NCBI GenBank assembly: GCA_051453625.1 | Contig: JBOZIK010000001.1 | Coordinates: forward strand, 10,546,550 to 10,599,489 | Direction of reading: 5' to 3' | DNA length: 52,940 bases | DNA from: Welwitschia mirabilis | Lineage: Eukaryota | In this document: one piece after another, positions 12,630 to 25,500 of the stretch | How the letters are laid out: every line of letters starts with the position of its first letter | Numbering within the stretch: the first letter of the stretch is position 1 | Made by a program: the position numbers and the translations under genes | The notes under the pieces: generated by a model | Database searches by the model: none | The model's input: the letters and a program-made list of their open reading frames with translations, nothing else | What the model was told of the DNA's origin: nothing

Positions 12630-14330
12630 ATAATTAAAAATTTACCTTAAAGAACTTTTACAAAAAGGTTTTATTCATTCTATAATATCACCATGAGAAG
12701 TACCTATTTTATTTGGAAAAATAAAGAAGGAACCCCTAGGTTATGAATTAATTATAAATAGCTACCATGGAGAAAAACTATGTACTATTTATTAAGAATA
12801 GATGATCCTTTTCACTAACTCAAGGAAGTTAAGGTATTTTTCAATGTTGATTTAAAATCTAAAGATCACAAGTTTGAAGTAGAAAAGAAGATACTAATAA
12901 CATAGTCTTTATAACTTACTATAGATATTATAAGTCCATTATGTTGTGTTTTGATTTAATTAATTCTCTTATAGCATTCATGAGTACTATAAATCACACT
13001 TTTAAGATACATCTTAATTCCTTTACAATAGTTTATATTAATGACATTCTCACATATTCCAAATCCTATGAGAAACATGAGAAATTCCTAAGAATGTTAT
13101 TACAAACTTTAATAAATTATCAATTATATGTTATATGAAAAAATGTTCCCTTTGAAAGGAATTCATCAAATTTATAAGTAATGTAATATCTGAGGAGGTT
13201 ATTCCATTTGATTCAGAAAAATCTAAAGAAATTGTAAAATAGCTATTACTTATAAATATTACTAATATTAGAGGTTCTCTTATCCTTACTAGGCACTATT
13301 ATCAATTCATCTTCAAGTTCTCCAAGATAGAATCTCCCTTAATAAGTTTTATAAAGGAAAAATAAAGATTTTTAATGGATATAAAAGTATCAATAATGAT
13401 TTGATGGTCTTAAATAATGATTAACAAGTGATTTAGGTTTATTAATGTGAAATAAAACACCTTTTCCATTAATACTAATAGATAGGAGAAGGTCTTGGAG
13501 CTATCCTTAGATAAGATAAAAGAGTAATATCTTATGGGTCAAGAAACTTTAAGATATATAAAATAAATTATCATATCCCTATTCATGAATTAAGTATAAT
13601 AATATTTTCTTTAAAATTATAAAAGCATTATCTTTATAATGTAAAATATCAAGTGTGAAGTGATCATACAATTCTAAAATACATTTACAGTTAAGCAAGC
13701 TTGAACATGGAGAAAAGAAGATGAATGAAATTTCTTTATGTTTTTCATTTTGTAATTTTATGCTAGGATGGCAAAGTGAACAAGGTCATAGATGTTCTTT
13801 CTCAAAGTAATTATAAAAATTTAAGATTGAGTCCTAACATGATTTTAGACGATTAAAAATATGAATATTATTAAAAATTAAAAGACCACATTGAAAAATC
13901 ATTGAATTTAGAAAAAATTTACTATTAATTCAAAAGATATTATTAGATTGAAGGCAAGGTTTTTGGTTCTTATCATAAATGAAACTAAACATAAGGTAAT
14001 GTTTAAATTCCATGATCCACTAATATTAGATTATCCTAGAAGAATTAAAATAGATCAATGCATGAAACAAAAATTTTAATGACATCGATTAAAAGAGATA
14101 TAGCAGAACTTCTATTAAAGTGTTTAAATTCTCAACAAGTTAAGGCAAAACATAGGAATCCAATAGGACTATGCTATTCTTATGATGTTTCAAAATATAA
14201 ATGGGATGTAATTTATATGAATTTTATCTTAGGACTTTTAAATACTTAAGAGGTAATAACTAATTTGGCACTCTTTATCCTATTGAAATCTACTAATGAT
14301 GGTAAGGATATAGCTAAAGTATATATGCAT
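12630..14330 (+). pseudogene. Chromovirus-type Ty3/gypsy pol, 5' segment: RT, RNase H and integrase zinc finger; heavily degenerate
   Basis: RT: ELLQKGFI..SP, and ORF 12941..13138 with VYINDILTYSKSYEKHEKFLR (YxDD motif region). RNase H remnants lie at ~13480-13800. Integrase: ORF 14058..14249 KRDIAELLLKCLNSQQVKAKHRNPIG...KWDVIYMNFI (HHCC and core start). Confidence 0.85.
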
Positions 14331-14848
14331 TATTTTAATCCCAAAAACTGTTTAAGTGAAATGCCATCAAAATTATGTTCTTATCATGAATTTGGTTAAA
14401 TTGTCACATGAATAGTTTACAACTAGTTAAAAATGTAATAATCATCTAAGAGGTATAACTGTTATAGAAGAGTCACATTAATTGTTCATGATGTTACCAA
14501 TGTTAAATTAGGTTCTTGGAAGGGCATAGGTGATGAATAGAAGTTTCATAGATACACTGAGACCTTACGAAGCTATCTTGGTCTCCCATTAGTCCCATAA
14601 GCTAGACCTTAAAGGCACCATGATTTGGCTCATCTATCTTATCAAGACCTACATTTGGCTAAGGTGGAAGTCATGAAGAGCCAAATTGGAGTAAAAGATA
14701 ATTTTAGTTTTGTTATTTTATTGTCCATCCTGATTTTCACTAATAAAAAGGTAATTAATTTTTTTTGTTATCTGCTAAAGATGTTTTCATTTCATAATCT
14801 TTATTTCTTTTGGCCTTATTATTTAAAACGATTAGTGGAAACATCATA
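14331..14848 (+). repeat. 5' LTR of the nested element
   Basis: It aligns over its length with 17815-18307 (aatcccaaaaact, aaaattatgtt, ctacattt, aaagatgttttcatttcataatc). Its termini are mutated from TG..CA to TA..TA. Confidence 0.85.
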
Positions 14849-14850
14849 AT

Positions 14851-14862
14851 TGGTATCAAAAC
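14851..14862 (+). promoter_or_regulatory. Primer-binding site, tRNA-iMet type
   Basis: tggtatcaaaac versus the consensus TGGTATCAGAGC, 2 nt after the LTR end. Confidence 0.75.
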
Positions 14863-15615
14863 AAATGATCCACAACAATAGATAAAAAATTTTTATAATA
14901 ACAAAATTTTGGAAATAACGGACCCACCTAAGAGGCCAAAAGATATTTTATAGTTTTCAGATTAATGTAGATAGCATCCAGATGAAAATGGTAGAAATAA
15001 TAGGTTTGAAAATCAAAAGAAGCATAGGTTAAATCTAGAATCATGAAAATCTTGAAAGAATAAAAATTAAAGCGTGAAGAGAATAGAAGATCTAAGATGT
15101 TAAAATATAATATCCCTTAAAACTCTAATTGATTTAATAAGTTATAACCATCATCATCAGCAACTTAAGGTTAAAATTAAACTAACTAATTTCAAAAATA
15201 TATTACATGACATACATCATAAGAAGGAAGTTAACTCTAGCAAAATAAGGTCAAAGGTATAAAAATAAATTTACAAAATTCTAAAAAAGATAAATAGACA
15301 TAATAAATATATTATGTTAGCCTAAAAATGTAGCAACAAGAAAAGGTAAAGTAAGGTTACAAAAAATAAAAAGTAAAATAAGGGAGAATTTAACTTAAAA
15401 AATGGAGGATGAAGTAATAAAAATAATGAATAAATGGACCCTTATCCTCTTATTTATAGGAAAATAATGGAATCTTAAGTATTAGTTAATGTTATAATGG
15501 TGTTATAGTGATGTGTTAGTGATATTGTTATGATGTGAAAGTGATACCGATGTTAATATGAGAGTGACATTGATGTTACTATGAATTAAATTGCAAATGC
15601 ACTAACAATTAATAC

Positions 15616-16163
15616 CACACTATTGACATCATTACTTCAGAAGGGTATAGGGCACTTCATTATTAAGATAAAGCCTCAATGAATCCTATAAAAAGCTATA
15701 GGACATTCCACTATTGACATCATCACTCTAGCAGTGTATAAGGCACTACATTACTGATATGAAACCTAGATGGACTTAATAAGGGGCTATATGGTATTAC
15801 ACTGTTAACATCATCACTTCATACGATTATTAAACATAACAATACTAACATGTAGCCTCAATGGCCCTAATAGAAGGTCATATAATGTTATAATACTAAC
15901 ATCATTACTCCAAAAGTTTATAGGATGTCACACTATAGACATGAAGCCTTGATGAACCTCATAAAAGGCTATCAAACATCACATTATTGAGATCATCACT
16001 TCAAAAGGATATAGGATGCCACACTACTAACATGGAGTCTCAATGAACCTTGTAGAAGATTATGGGACATCACACTACTGACATCGTCACTACCAAAGGT
16101 TATAAGATTCTACACTACTAACATCAAACCTTTATGGACTTCATAAAAGATTATAGGATGTCA
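15616..16163 (+). repeat. Tandem array, 6 x 91 bp (each = ~40-bp + ~51-bp related subunits)
   Basis: The cta(c/t)tgacatcatcact-like motif recurs at 15620, 15711, 15802, 15893, 15984 and 16075, an exact 91-bp spacing. Both subunits share tataggat/cgtcacactacta/gacat. Confidence 0.9.
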
Positions 16164-16679
16164 AATTGAATAAATTAGAATAATTAAATAATTCATTATT
16201 AATACTAAACCTTTTTCCCCTATAATTAAGCATCTAATCTCATAAATTAGTTAATAATAAAAAAATTTTAGTAGTTTTAACTTTTAACCATCATACAATC
16301 AAAGTTTTAGATTTAAAAGATGGATCAAATTAGACATTATAAAGAGATGGCCCCTTGACAATTAATGCATTGGTGCATCAGGAAAGACCATATGGAACCA
16401 CTGCATTAGTACTTTTAAATAATAAATTCATAAAGTTTACTAGTGATCTCAATCCAATTATGCAAATGTTAAGTCCTTGTATTAATTAGCAAATAATAAA
16501 CACAACTCCATACTATAAGAACTTGAAGGACAATAATGAGAACAACTCATAAGAGACCTTCAATCTTAAGTATTACTCTCTCTCTTTAAGCTTAAAACGA
16601 GAGAATTCAAATCCTAGAGAGATAGCCCTCATAATCTTTAGGATCATAAACTCTTAAAGATATTAACAAGTGGGTACAA

Positions 16680-17650
16680 GAGTGTTAAGATCTAATATTG
16701 CCTTATAAAATTAGAAATCATAGCATGGAAGAAAGGGACATGAAGGAATATGTGAAAATCATGTAAACTAGTATGTACATAGGCACTCTAGGATCCTTTT
16801 AGAAAGCACTAGCATGAATATAGCTTATTTAGAATCATTTGTAATTCAATAATGTTGATAATGGATTACACAACTAATATGCAGTGATGTTGGGATCTAG
16901 CAACATGATGGAGTCATCTTAATGTAATAATAAATTATTGAATTAATTAGTTTAATTTTCATAGAAGAATCTTAAAAGGAATTTATTCTTGATTATTTCT
17001 TCAAGAAGAAAAGAATGTAGTTCAAATGCCTACGATTTGGAAGGAAGAGCCTTAATGAACATTAGGAAGGATTTTAAAAATTAGTAAGGTTTTAATTAAA
17101 AGGAGATCCTAATAAATTTTTTAATAATTTCATTAACACTCTCTCATCAAGGTTACAAAACCTAGTGTATCCACTAGAGCCAAACTCTTTACAAGAATAT
17201 TATTAAAAGATCAAGTATTACATAAATGCAGAATAGTGAGCTCCTATGACCACTCTCATGATAATCATAATCACATAGCAATCAAGGTTACAAGTTTATC
17301 ATGGAATCCAACATAACTAAATCCATTTTTCAAATAATTAGTGCTTTAGCATATAAAGTTAATATTCTAGAAGAGTGATTACATATCCATCTAATTTTTC
17401 ATGTTAGCATTCTTAAGCCCTATTACCTAGGAAATTATGGTAATTACATTATTTATCAGGAAAAGCTTTCTAGTAAGATCTAACCTTACTTTTATGATAA
17501 AACCAATTAAAGTTAAGAAACACAAAAAAAAAAAAAAAAACATTAAGAGATAAAACCATAAAAGAAGTAGTGGATAAATGGTCTTATTCTAATTAACATA
17601 GTTGGGAGAGCGAATAATTTATGAAATGAATTTTTCCTAAAATTTTTTAA
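16680..17650 (+). pseudogene. Degenerate gag followed directly by integrase C-terminal/chromodomain remnant
   Basis: KEYVKIM*TSMYIGTLGS...LA*I and ...KEFI (gag) are followed by ALAYKVNILEE*LHIHLIFHVSILKPY and TLRDKTIKEVVDKW...SWESE (integrase tail/chromodomain). Confidence 0.65.
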
Positions 17651-17814
17651 AAATATGATAAAAATAAAATATAATATTTTTAATTGATTGTTTAATTACT
17701 TATGTAGTAGAACATGATGGGATTAAGGATTTTGAGGTAGAATAAGATCAAGCACAAGAAGTTCCATGAAACACCAATTGTCAGAGGATGAACAACTATC
17801 TTAAGGGTAAAGTT

Positions 17815-18307
17815 TATTAAAATCCCAAAAACTATTAAAATAGAACACCATTAAAATTATGTTGTTATTACGAATTTGATTAAATTATCAAATGGACTGC
17901 TTACAGTTAGTTAAAAATGTGATAATTAGAATCATTTTAACCATTCACATTATTTCACCAATGCTAACTAGAGTTCTTGGAAAATCATAGGAATAGATGA
18001 AGGTTTAACACGTATGTTAAAAGCTTGATAAGTTAGCATGTCCCCTCAACAATTCTACAAATGAGACCTTGAATTCAACATGATCTGACCAAACCTTCAT
18101 ACTAAGGCCCTACATTTGACTAAAGTGGAGATCATGAAGAATTAAATTGGATTTAATAAAGATAAGCTTTATTTTATTTTGTTTACTATTCATCATTATT
18201 TCACTAATAAAAAGACAATCACTTTTTCTTGTTGTCTTTCAAAGATGTTTTCATTTCATAATCTTTTTTTTGTCTTATTATTTAAAAATATAAATGAAAA
18301 TGTCACA
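17815..18307 (+). repeat. 3' LTR of the nested element
   Basis: It is a direct repeat of 14331-14848, ends in tgtcaca and is preceded by a purine-rich tract. Confidence 0.85.
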
Positions 18308-19150
18308 CTCATAATGTTATTTTTAACATATTATACCCTTAGTAATTATCTTTAATAGATATTCAAAATTTACTTCTAAATATTGGAAAGATTCATAATT
18401 GAATTTAAGCACCAAGTTAAATATGAACATTATATTTCATCTCCAAACAAAAGATACATAGAAAGGATTAGTTAAATTTTAGAAGATCTTCTTAAAGAAC
18501 GTGTTCTACATAAGTCAAAGATTTAGTAAGAATACCTATAATTAGTTGAATTTTTATGTAATAATAGTTATTAAAGTTTAATTCAAATGACTTCATTTAA
18601 AGCTCTATATCATAGAAAACTTATAATTCCTACTACATGGATAAAACCTAAGGAAAGATTACTTATAGAACCAGAAACGTTACACAAAATGAACAATGAA
18701 ATAAAAACCATTAAGAATGAACTTAAAGAAGCAATAGATAGAGATAACACATATTTTAGTCATTTATGTGATCATGTATTTCTTAAAGTATGATCAACTA
18801 CAACAATGATGTGAGAAGTTAAGAGATCATAATTAGGACATAGAGTTAGACCATTAGAGATACCAAAATGTGTTGGACTTGTGGAATACAAGCTTGTTCT
18901 ATCTTATTAATTATTAAACATGCATAATTTCTTTCATGGAATTATACTAAGAAATTGTATTATAGATCCATCGCATGTATTAAATTAGTCTTATATTCAA
19001 ATAAAGCCTAAATGTTTGACTATAAAGGAGCCAAAGGCAATGATGAACTAGTAAATTATTATCTTATAAACTATGGATATCCATCAAGTAAAGATAAAGT
19101 AACCACATTCTTGATGAATTTACTTGGGATCTTAAACAAATATTAAAAAA
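18308..19150 (+). pseudogene. Chromovirus pol, 3' segment: integrase core, GPY/F and chromodomain remnants
   Basis: It reads IIFNRYSKFTSKYWK (SDRDxxFTSxFW), FHLQT...ERI...LEDLL, ORF 18587..18793 (MTSFKALY...DHVFLKV), HNFFH, and VK.K...EFTWD. Confidence 0.8.
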
Positions 19151-19238
19151 TTAATTTCCAAACCTTTTTAAATCGCACAATACAAGTGATAAATTTTAAA
19201 ACTCTTTGTATATCTTAATTCTTAGAGTGCATCATTCT

Positions 19239-19262
19239 AAGTGGGGAAGTATGTTATATTCC
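19239..19262 (+). promoter_or_regulatory. Polypurine tract and start of the host element's 3' LTR (TG at 19252; LTR end not resolved)
   Basis: aagtggggaagta|tgttatattcc lies just downstream of the chromodomain remnant. This is the typical chromovirus PPT/LTR junction. Confidence 0.65.
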
Positions 19263-19540
19263 ACATTTAATTAACTTTTAATTACTCAAATATTAGACAT
19301 ATTAATCTCTTAGAGAATTATATGATAATTTTTATGTTTAATTATTAATATGAAATTATTCTTTTATCAGAGGACTTATGGTAACTATTCTTTATTTTTG
19401 TAAGAAAGAATATTTTTATAATTCTATCAAAAATAATGTCAAAGGTATACCTTATACTTATTTTTGAATTATAGATTCCTGAGTATTAACATTTATTTTC
19501 AATAATTTCTTATAATTTTGGTTTTTTATTAAATATAGTA

Positions 19541-19573
<33 letters not shown>
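19541..19573. repeat. (ATT)n microsatellite
   Basis: About 11 consecutive att units. Confidence 0.9.
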
Positions 19574-22500
19574 TTATAAAAATTTGTAGTTTCATTAGAA
19601 AACAAATTAATAAATAGAATCTATCCAAATGTTACAATAATCTAATCCATTTATGTATGAACATCCTATTTACATGATAAAATTACTAACTTGAAATTTT
19701 ACGAGAAGGTATGAAAAAGCAATGAAATATTTACATAACTAACATGCAATATTTTTGCTTTACTCATTTATTAATGTATCTCATCTAAGTCTAAAAAAGG
19801 AAAAATACTTAGTAAAAGAAAATGGTTCATGTAATTAGTAAAAGAAGTAAATGAAAATTGAGTATATTACATTCAACTTTGACATGTTCTTTCTTATGTT
19901 TTATGTTGATGGATTTGATGAATTTTAAGATTAATAAGCATATGAATAAGAACATTCATCTCATCTATAAATGAATAATTATGAAAGAGCATATTTTACT
20001 CTACCATGAATTTTATCCTTCTTGATATTTGTAAAAGTTCTTAATTTATAAAACATTTATTTTCTTACTCATTGGATTTAAAAAAACTTATCTCATTGTG
20101 ACACATAATAGTTTTGAATTTTGTCTATATAAAAAGATATATTCTTCTTATGCATATTACACATTATTCAATGCATGTTTTGAACTAAGTAAATATGGTT
20201 ATAAACCTATGAAGAATGAAGAAGAAACTCGCATGGAAAATTAGGTATGTAATAAATTTAGTTAATTAAAGCAAGGAAATTGCTCATCTTAGGTGAGTAC
20301 ATATGTCATAAATATCATGTGTCATTGTCATTCAATACATCAATCTCATTTATTACTCAAGCTCATCTTGCTTTTTAGTAATTAATCTTATTCATTCAAA
20401 TGTGTCATTATTATCTAATTACCTTACGAATAAAATAATATACATGGTCATTAAACAATTAAATGAAGAACCTTTATTTTATCATTAACTTAAAAATAAA
20501 CTTGTTTCCTCTCCTCTAAAATAATTTATTTTCATTTAATTATATACTATCAAAATTTCTTCTTATTCTTCCATCTTCTTCTCTTTTGATTCTCTTACTT
20601 GTGAGTGTGGAGGTTGTACCTTTGAACTTAAAGCTTGGATAAAAGTATTTTAGAACATGTATCTTTATCAAATTATTCTCAAATCTTCATTAATGAGTAA
20701 TCACTAGTAATTTATCTTTTCAACTAGATTTATTCTACTTATTTTATTCCTATGTTGTGTCTTTTTCCTAATAAAATTAGTTGCATAATGGAGTATTGCC
20801 TTAGATCATAGCATATTCTTATTATGGTGTTTCTTGTATTGAATTACCTATCTTATTAGCCTTAAACCAAAATAAAGGATACCTTAAAGGGATATTTTTA
20901 CATGCTTTATCGATAAGGTTTAGGAATGAAAATAATTGGCCAAGTGACGAGGGATTCACGTTAGTATTTAAATACCCAGGTTCATATTTCACCATGCATA
21001 TTAAATTAATTTTATAGTTTTCTTTCAACAAAACATGTATTATGTTCCTCATATTAGGGAAACTATCTATTTCTTAAATTTTATTTATGTTAAGTAATCC
21101 TTCATGTTAAATCCAAAGGTTTATTAAATTTGCTTCCTTTGAACGAATCTTGTGCATTACTTTTTTTTGATTGAAGTTGCTTTTTATTAGTTAATATTTA
21201 TTTTTATATTATTTAAATTATTTATATTAAATATGAATATTAATTCTATAAAAGTCTTTTAAATTTTTATTTTCTTTATATAGCTAAAGTTTAAATTTTG
21301 GAAAATGAAAGCATAACTTAAAAATATTATAACTTATTAAATATTAAAAATATTATAACTTATTAAATATTAAATAAAAGTTACTTTGATTTTTTAAATA
21401 AGTCTATGATTCTATTAGAAAAATAAAAATTCAAAAAATTTGGTATTTAATTAAATTTTTAAAAATCATTTTATGAAAATAACTTAGAAAATAGAACTAG
21501 AAGACAAGAATACTTTAATTTCATGTTATAAAATTAATTCTTAATATCATAAGATAATTGAATAGTCTATATTGTATGTATTTTTATAATATTTTCAAAT
21601 ACTTCGTGATCACTTAAAAATTTGAAGTAATCTAAGAGTTTCAACCTCTTTAGTATAGTGTGATATTATGACTACTTTAGAAATTTTGATCATCTTTACA
21701 CTTAAAATATGATCCTAAAATATGTACTTATAGAAATATAAATTTAATGAAGTTAATTTTTATATATAGTAAAATGAGTATAATTTAACAAAAATTATCA
21801 TATTTATTTTATATTTATAAACAGACAATTATTAAATAATTAGAATATCTTTTAAAAGTAAAAAAAATCTACAATTATTGTTATTAATTTTAGAAATTAG
21901 TCTAACAAAATTATACTAATAGTTTGATAGGATTAGATATATAATAGTTAAATTATCTTTTTGTATTATTTTTATTTAATTTTTCTTAGTGCATTACAAG
22001 TTATGCATTTCTTATTAAGGTTTTCATTCTTAAATAATCATAAAAATTCTTACGTACGATGTATTAAGTGTTACTATCTAATTGATCAAGGAATGTGGAC
22101 TTTAATTTAATTTTAATTTTGTGATATTTTTAATGCATTTTGTATAAATACAAAATCTCCCTATTCTTTGATATTCATTTTTATTTTCAACGTACATACT
22201 TAGAAATTCGTGCAGCTTTTACTGTAGTACTTTAGTTAACTCAATTATTTCTTTTGGTTATGAACCCTTTTACTTATTTTATAGTTACATAAATTTTAAG
22301 TAAGCATTATGCCTTGTTAATCATATTTAACTTTGCATTTGCTCTTATTTCTTCTTGTGAATCATTTGTGATAAAATTATAAATTAAACATGGCAAAAGA
22401 AGGATTTAAGTTGACATAGTTTTATCCATATAATATTCTTTTTTTAGAAATTTTAAATACTGTTTTGGTTTATTTTGAAGATGATTTTATTATAAATATG

Positions 22501-25500
22501 AAATAATTATAAATATGAAAGACAAATAAGTTATCTCTACTAACTTAAATTTTATTATTACATTTTCAAATGCAAATATCTTCCAATATACTAAACGAAG
22601 ATATATATGTTTTACTTTTTATGTATGATTATTTTAATAAAATAAATTCAATGAAGTTAGAATTATATTCTTATGTAAATAGAAAACTAAATACCATATT
22701 AGCCAGGATTGTATGCCTACATTTGCATGGTATATACATCGAATGATAACTAAATTAAAATAATTATCATTCTTATACTTGGATTTCATCACTAAGATGG
22801 GTTGTGTTACATTTCTATATAAACCTTTCTAGATGTGGATTTAATCATCACTCTTCTATCCTACTCATGTATGAACTTACTCCAATTTCATATCCTAATT
22901 CCTTAATATCAAAGGATACGTTGCATCATCTTCTAAGATGATTTAAGAAAGTAAGTCTTTCTTGCAAGAAAGAATCCACCTCATCCATTATTTATCGTCC
23001 TTTTAGTGGTATATCAAGATGATTTCTAATCCTATGAAGTTAAGCTAAGACATGTTTGTTATAGTTTAATTAAGTAAAATCAACCAATGTCTAGATGATG
23101 GTTAGATATTAAGTTGGAATTCCATTAATAGGAGTTGCAACCTTACATTATATTAGTTGAGAATTATCTTAGACATACATCCTTATTTATATTATAACAA
23201 GTTTACATCTGACTAATCATACAAAAGATATCTCTATGTAGTGAAAAACTAGGAAGAAATATAGAATAGAAAATTATGACGTTGCTATGATTTGTAAGTC
23301 AAAATTATCTATAATTTAAGAAATAATTATATTATCTAATTTTTTTAAAAATATATAAATATACTAATAAATTATAACTAGAAGTTAATCCTAAATTTTG
23401 CTAAGCATTTCAAACAATTAAATCTAAGGTGAAAAAAAAATTAGTGCTTAACAAGGATAATTTTAAATTGGATTTTTACCTAAGCCCATGATAGGATCAA
23501 CATACTACATCAAGTACATAATATTATCATAAATAAGCAATAAATTATTTATATTATATTTTAAATATCATGGATACAAATGGTTTAGAGATTACTCATC
23601 TTATAATAAAATGTACAAAGATATTAGAATAGTATAAAATATGTTATAAATGCTAACACATTAATAATCTAATTCCTAATAATACATTGAAAGAAATAAC
23701 TTTAAATGATGAATATAAAAAAAACTCAAAATGAATTATTGGATGACCAATAACCTTAATTGTGTTAATGATGGAATAAAACACAAATTTGATCATAAAT
23801 CATAGTGCGTTCACTAATGATGCAAACATTACAGTAAATAGTAATTTGATTCCTAGTAAAGATTTATGTTTAGTAAGGAATATGCCTTATGAATCAATCA
23901 TTTTCTCATGCCTGGCAAGGGAGAAAATAGATCTAAAATCTTATGATGAAATAACCCCCTGTCATAGTCATACAAAATCTATATCTAAAAAGAAAAAAAA
24001 AATTTCAAACATAGAATTCATCAATGATTTTAATATTAAAAATATGAATACTCAAGCCCAAAGTTATTTCTTATATATCCTTGAATTAAAGTGTAAATTA
24101 TATGGGTATGTGCTTGGTAAATTTAGATTAGTAATAAATAATCATTGACAAATTCCTTTAGGCATTAGGATTTAGCTTATAATCCTTAGTTTTCTTAAGA
24201 TATGGTTTATTACTATAGCTACTAAACTAATTTCTTCCTCATGATATAAGGCTAATTTAATAATATTCCATCGATTCATGAACCCATCTTTTTGATAAAT
24301 TTTTCTCCTAAGAACATCAATGGCACTAGTGGTCTAGATAATGATAGTAATCCTTTTAGGAAACTTAGCTTTTGTAAAAGCTGAGTGAATCAAGATGACT
24401 TATAAATAAGTTTCCAAGTATCAATGTTTTTTAATAACATTTTATTAAAGTATTAAACTTGAAAAATGATAATTCAATGATAAAAATAGTATTTATAGCC
24501 TTAGATATATTATTTACTAAAGTTTAAAGAACTAAATATGTAAACATTCAAGTATGAACACCATCTAGTAAGACTTTTATTAAATCAATAATTTAAATCC
24601 TAAGTTAACTAAGAATCCTAAAATTAGTGCTATAATAGTTTCATAAAAACCATTATTTAAATAACTAATTGCTTACTTACCCTTGTATGCATCTGGGTAT
24701 TTTACCCATGCATTAAAAAATACCTAAAACAAATTTTCTAAGATTTTTTATAACAATAAGATCTCTCATATAATGATTCTCAAATGTTGAAATAAAATTC
24801 ATTCACATTAACATTTCATTTAAAATGAGTGTATAAATTGATTCATGTTTTAAAATATATCATTCCATAACCATTAAAATGTACAAAGAGATCATCCTAG
24901 ATTCTTTAACTATTCAAGTTTTCAAATGTTATATTATTCCATAAAAACTAGAATCTACTTAAACAAACTTATAAATATTACATAAAGATGAGAAATTAAT
25001 TTTTGTTACTTGAATGTCATGTTATTGGTTAAAGAAATTAATCAATTTAGATGATTTAATTTTAGGATTTAAATGTGTGCTAATTCTCCAAAGATAGATA
25101 GAAGGTCAAGAATAAGAGACATCATCTAATTTATAGTATCTATTTTAAGATAAAGAGTTGATAGCACTTCCCTATTTTTACACCTCACTATTCTTTTTCT
25201 TCTTTCTCTTTATAAGTTTTCTAAGATGAGGAATTATATTTGCTTTAAAGAAGCATTCTTAAAATGGACATATTCTATGTTTACAATTTAATATATTAGC
25301 CTTAAAGTAGACTTTTATAATTTTATATATTAGCTTTAAAGTAGGCTCTTTTTTAAATTTAAATAGCTAAGACTTAAGGCTTTAATAAAAATGGACAAAT
25401 ATTTAGTCTTTTTTATAATAAATTCATTAATCTAAAAAACTAAAAGGATATATTGAACTAGAGTTAAATTTAGATTAATTTAGCCAACATAAATCTTGTT

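Larger units (their letters stand above)
14331..18307 (+). mobile_element. Nested non-autonomous LTR retrotransposon (~4.0 kb): LTR-PBS-tandem array-gag-integrase/chromodomain tail-PPT-LTR
   Basis: It has paired LTRs at 14331-14848 and 17815-18307, a PBS tggtatcaaaac and a PPT-like aagggtaaag before the 3' LTR. The host integrase stops at ...AKVYMH (14330) and resumes after 18307. The flanks tgcat/ctcat are a degenerate 5-bp TSD. No PR/RT/RH motifs were found inside. Confidence 0.85.

Noticed and set aside
21314-21375. ~26-bp AT-only tandem duplication
   Set aside because: This is low-complexity slippage in extremely AT-rich DNA, with no sign of function.
22640-24450. Slightly less AT-rich patches that might be a decayed DNA-transposon or gene remnant, including ORF 23789..24148
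   Set aside because: Manual translation of the segments I tried gave no motif I can defend. It would need TBLASTN/HMM searches.
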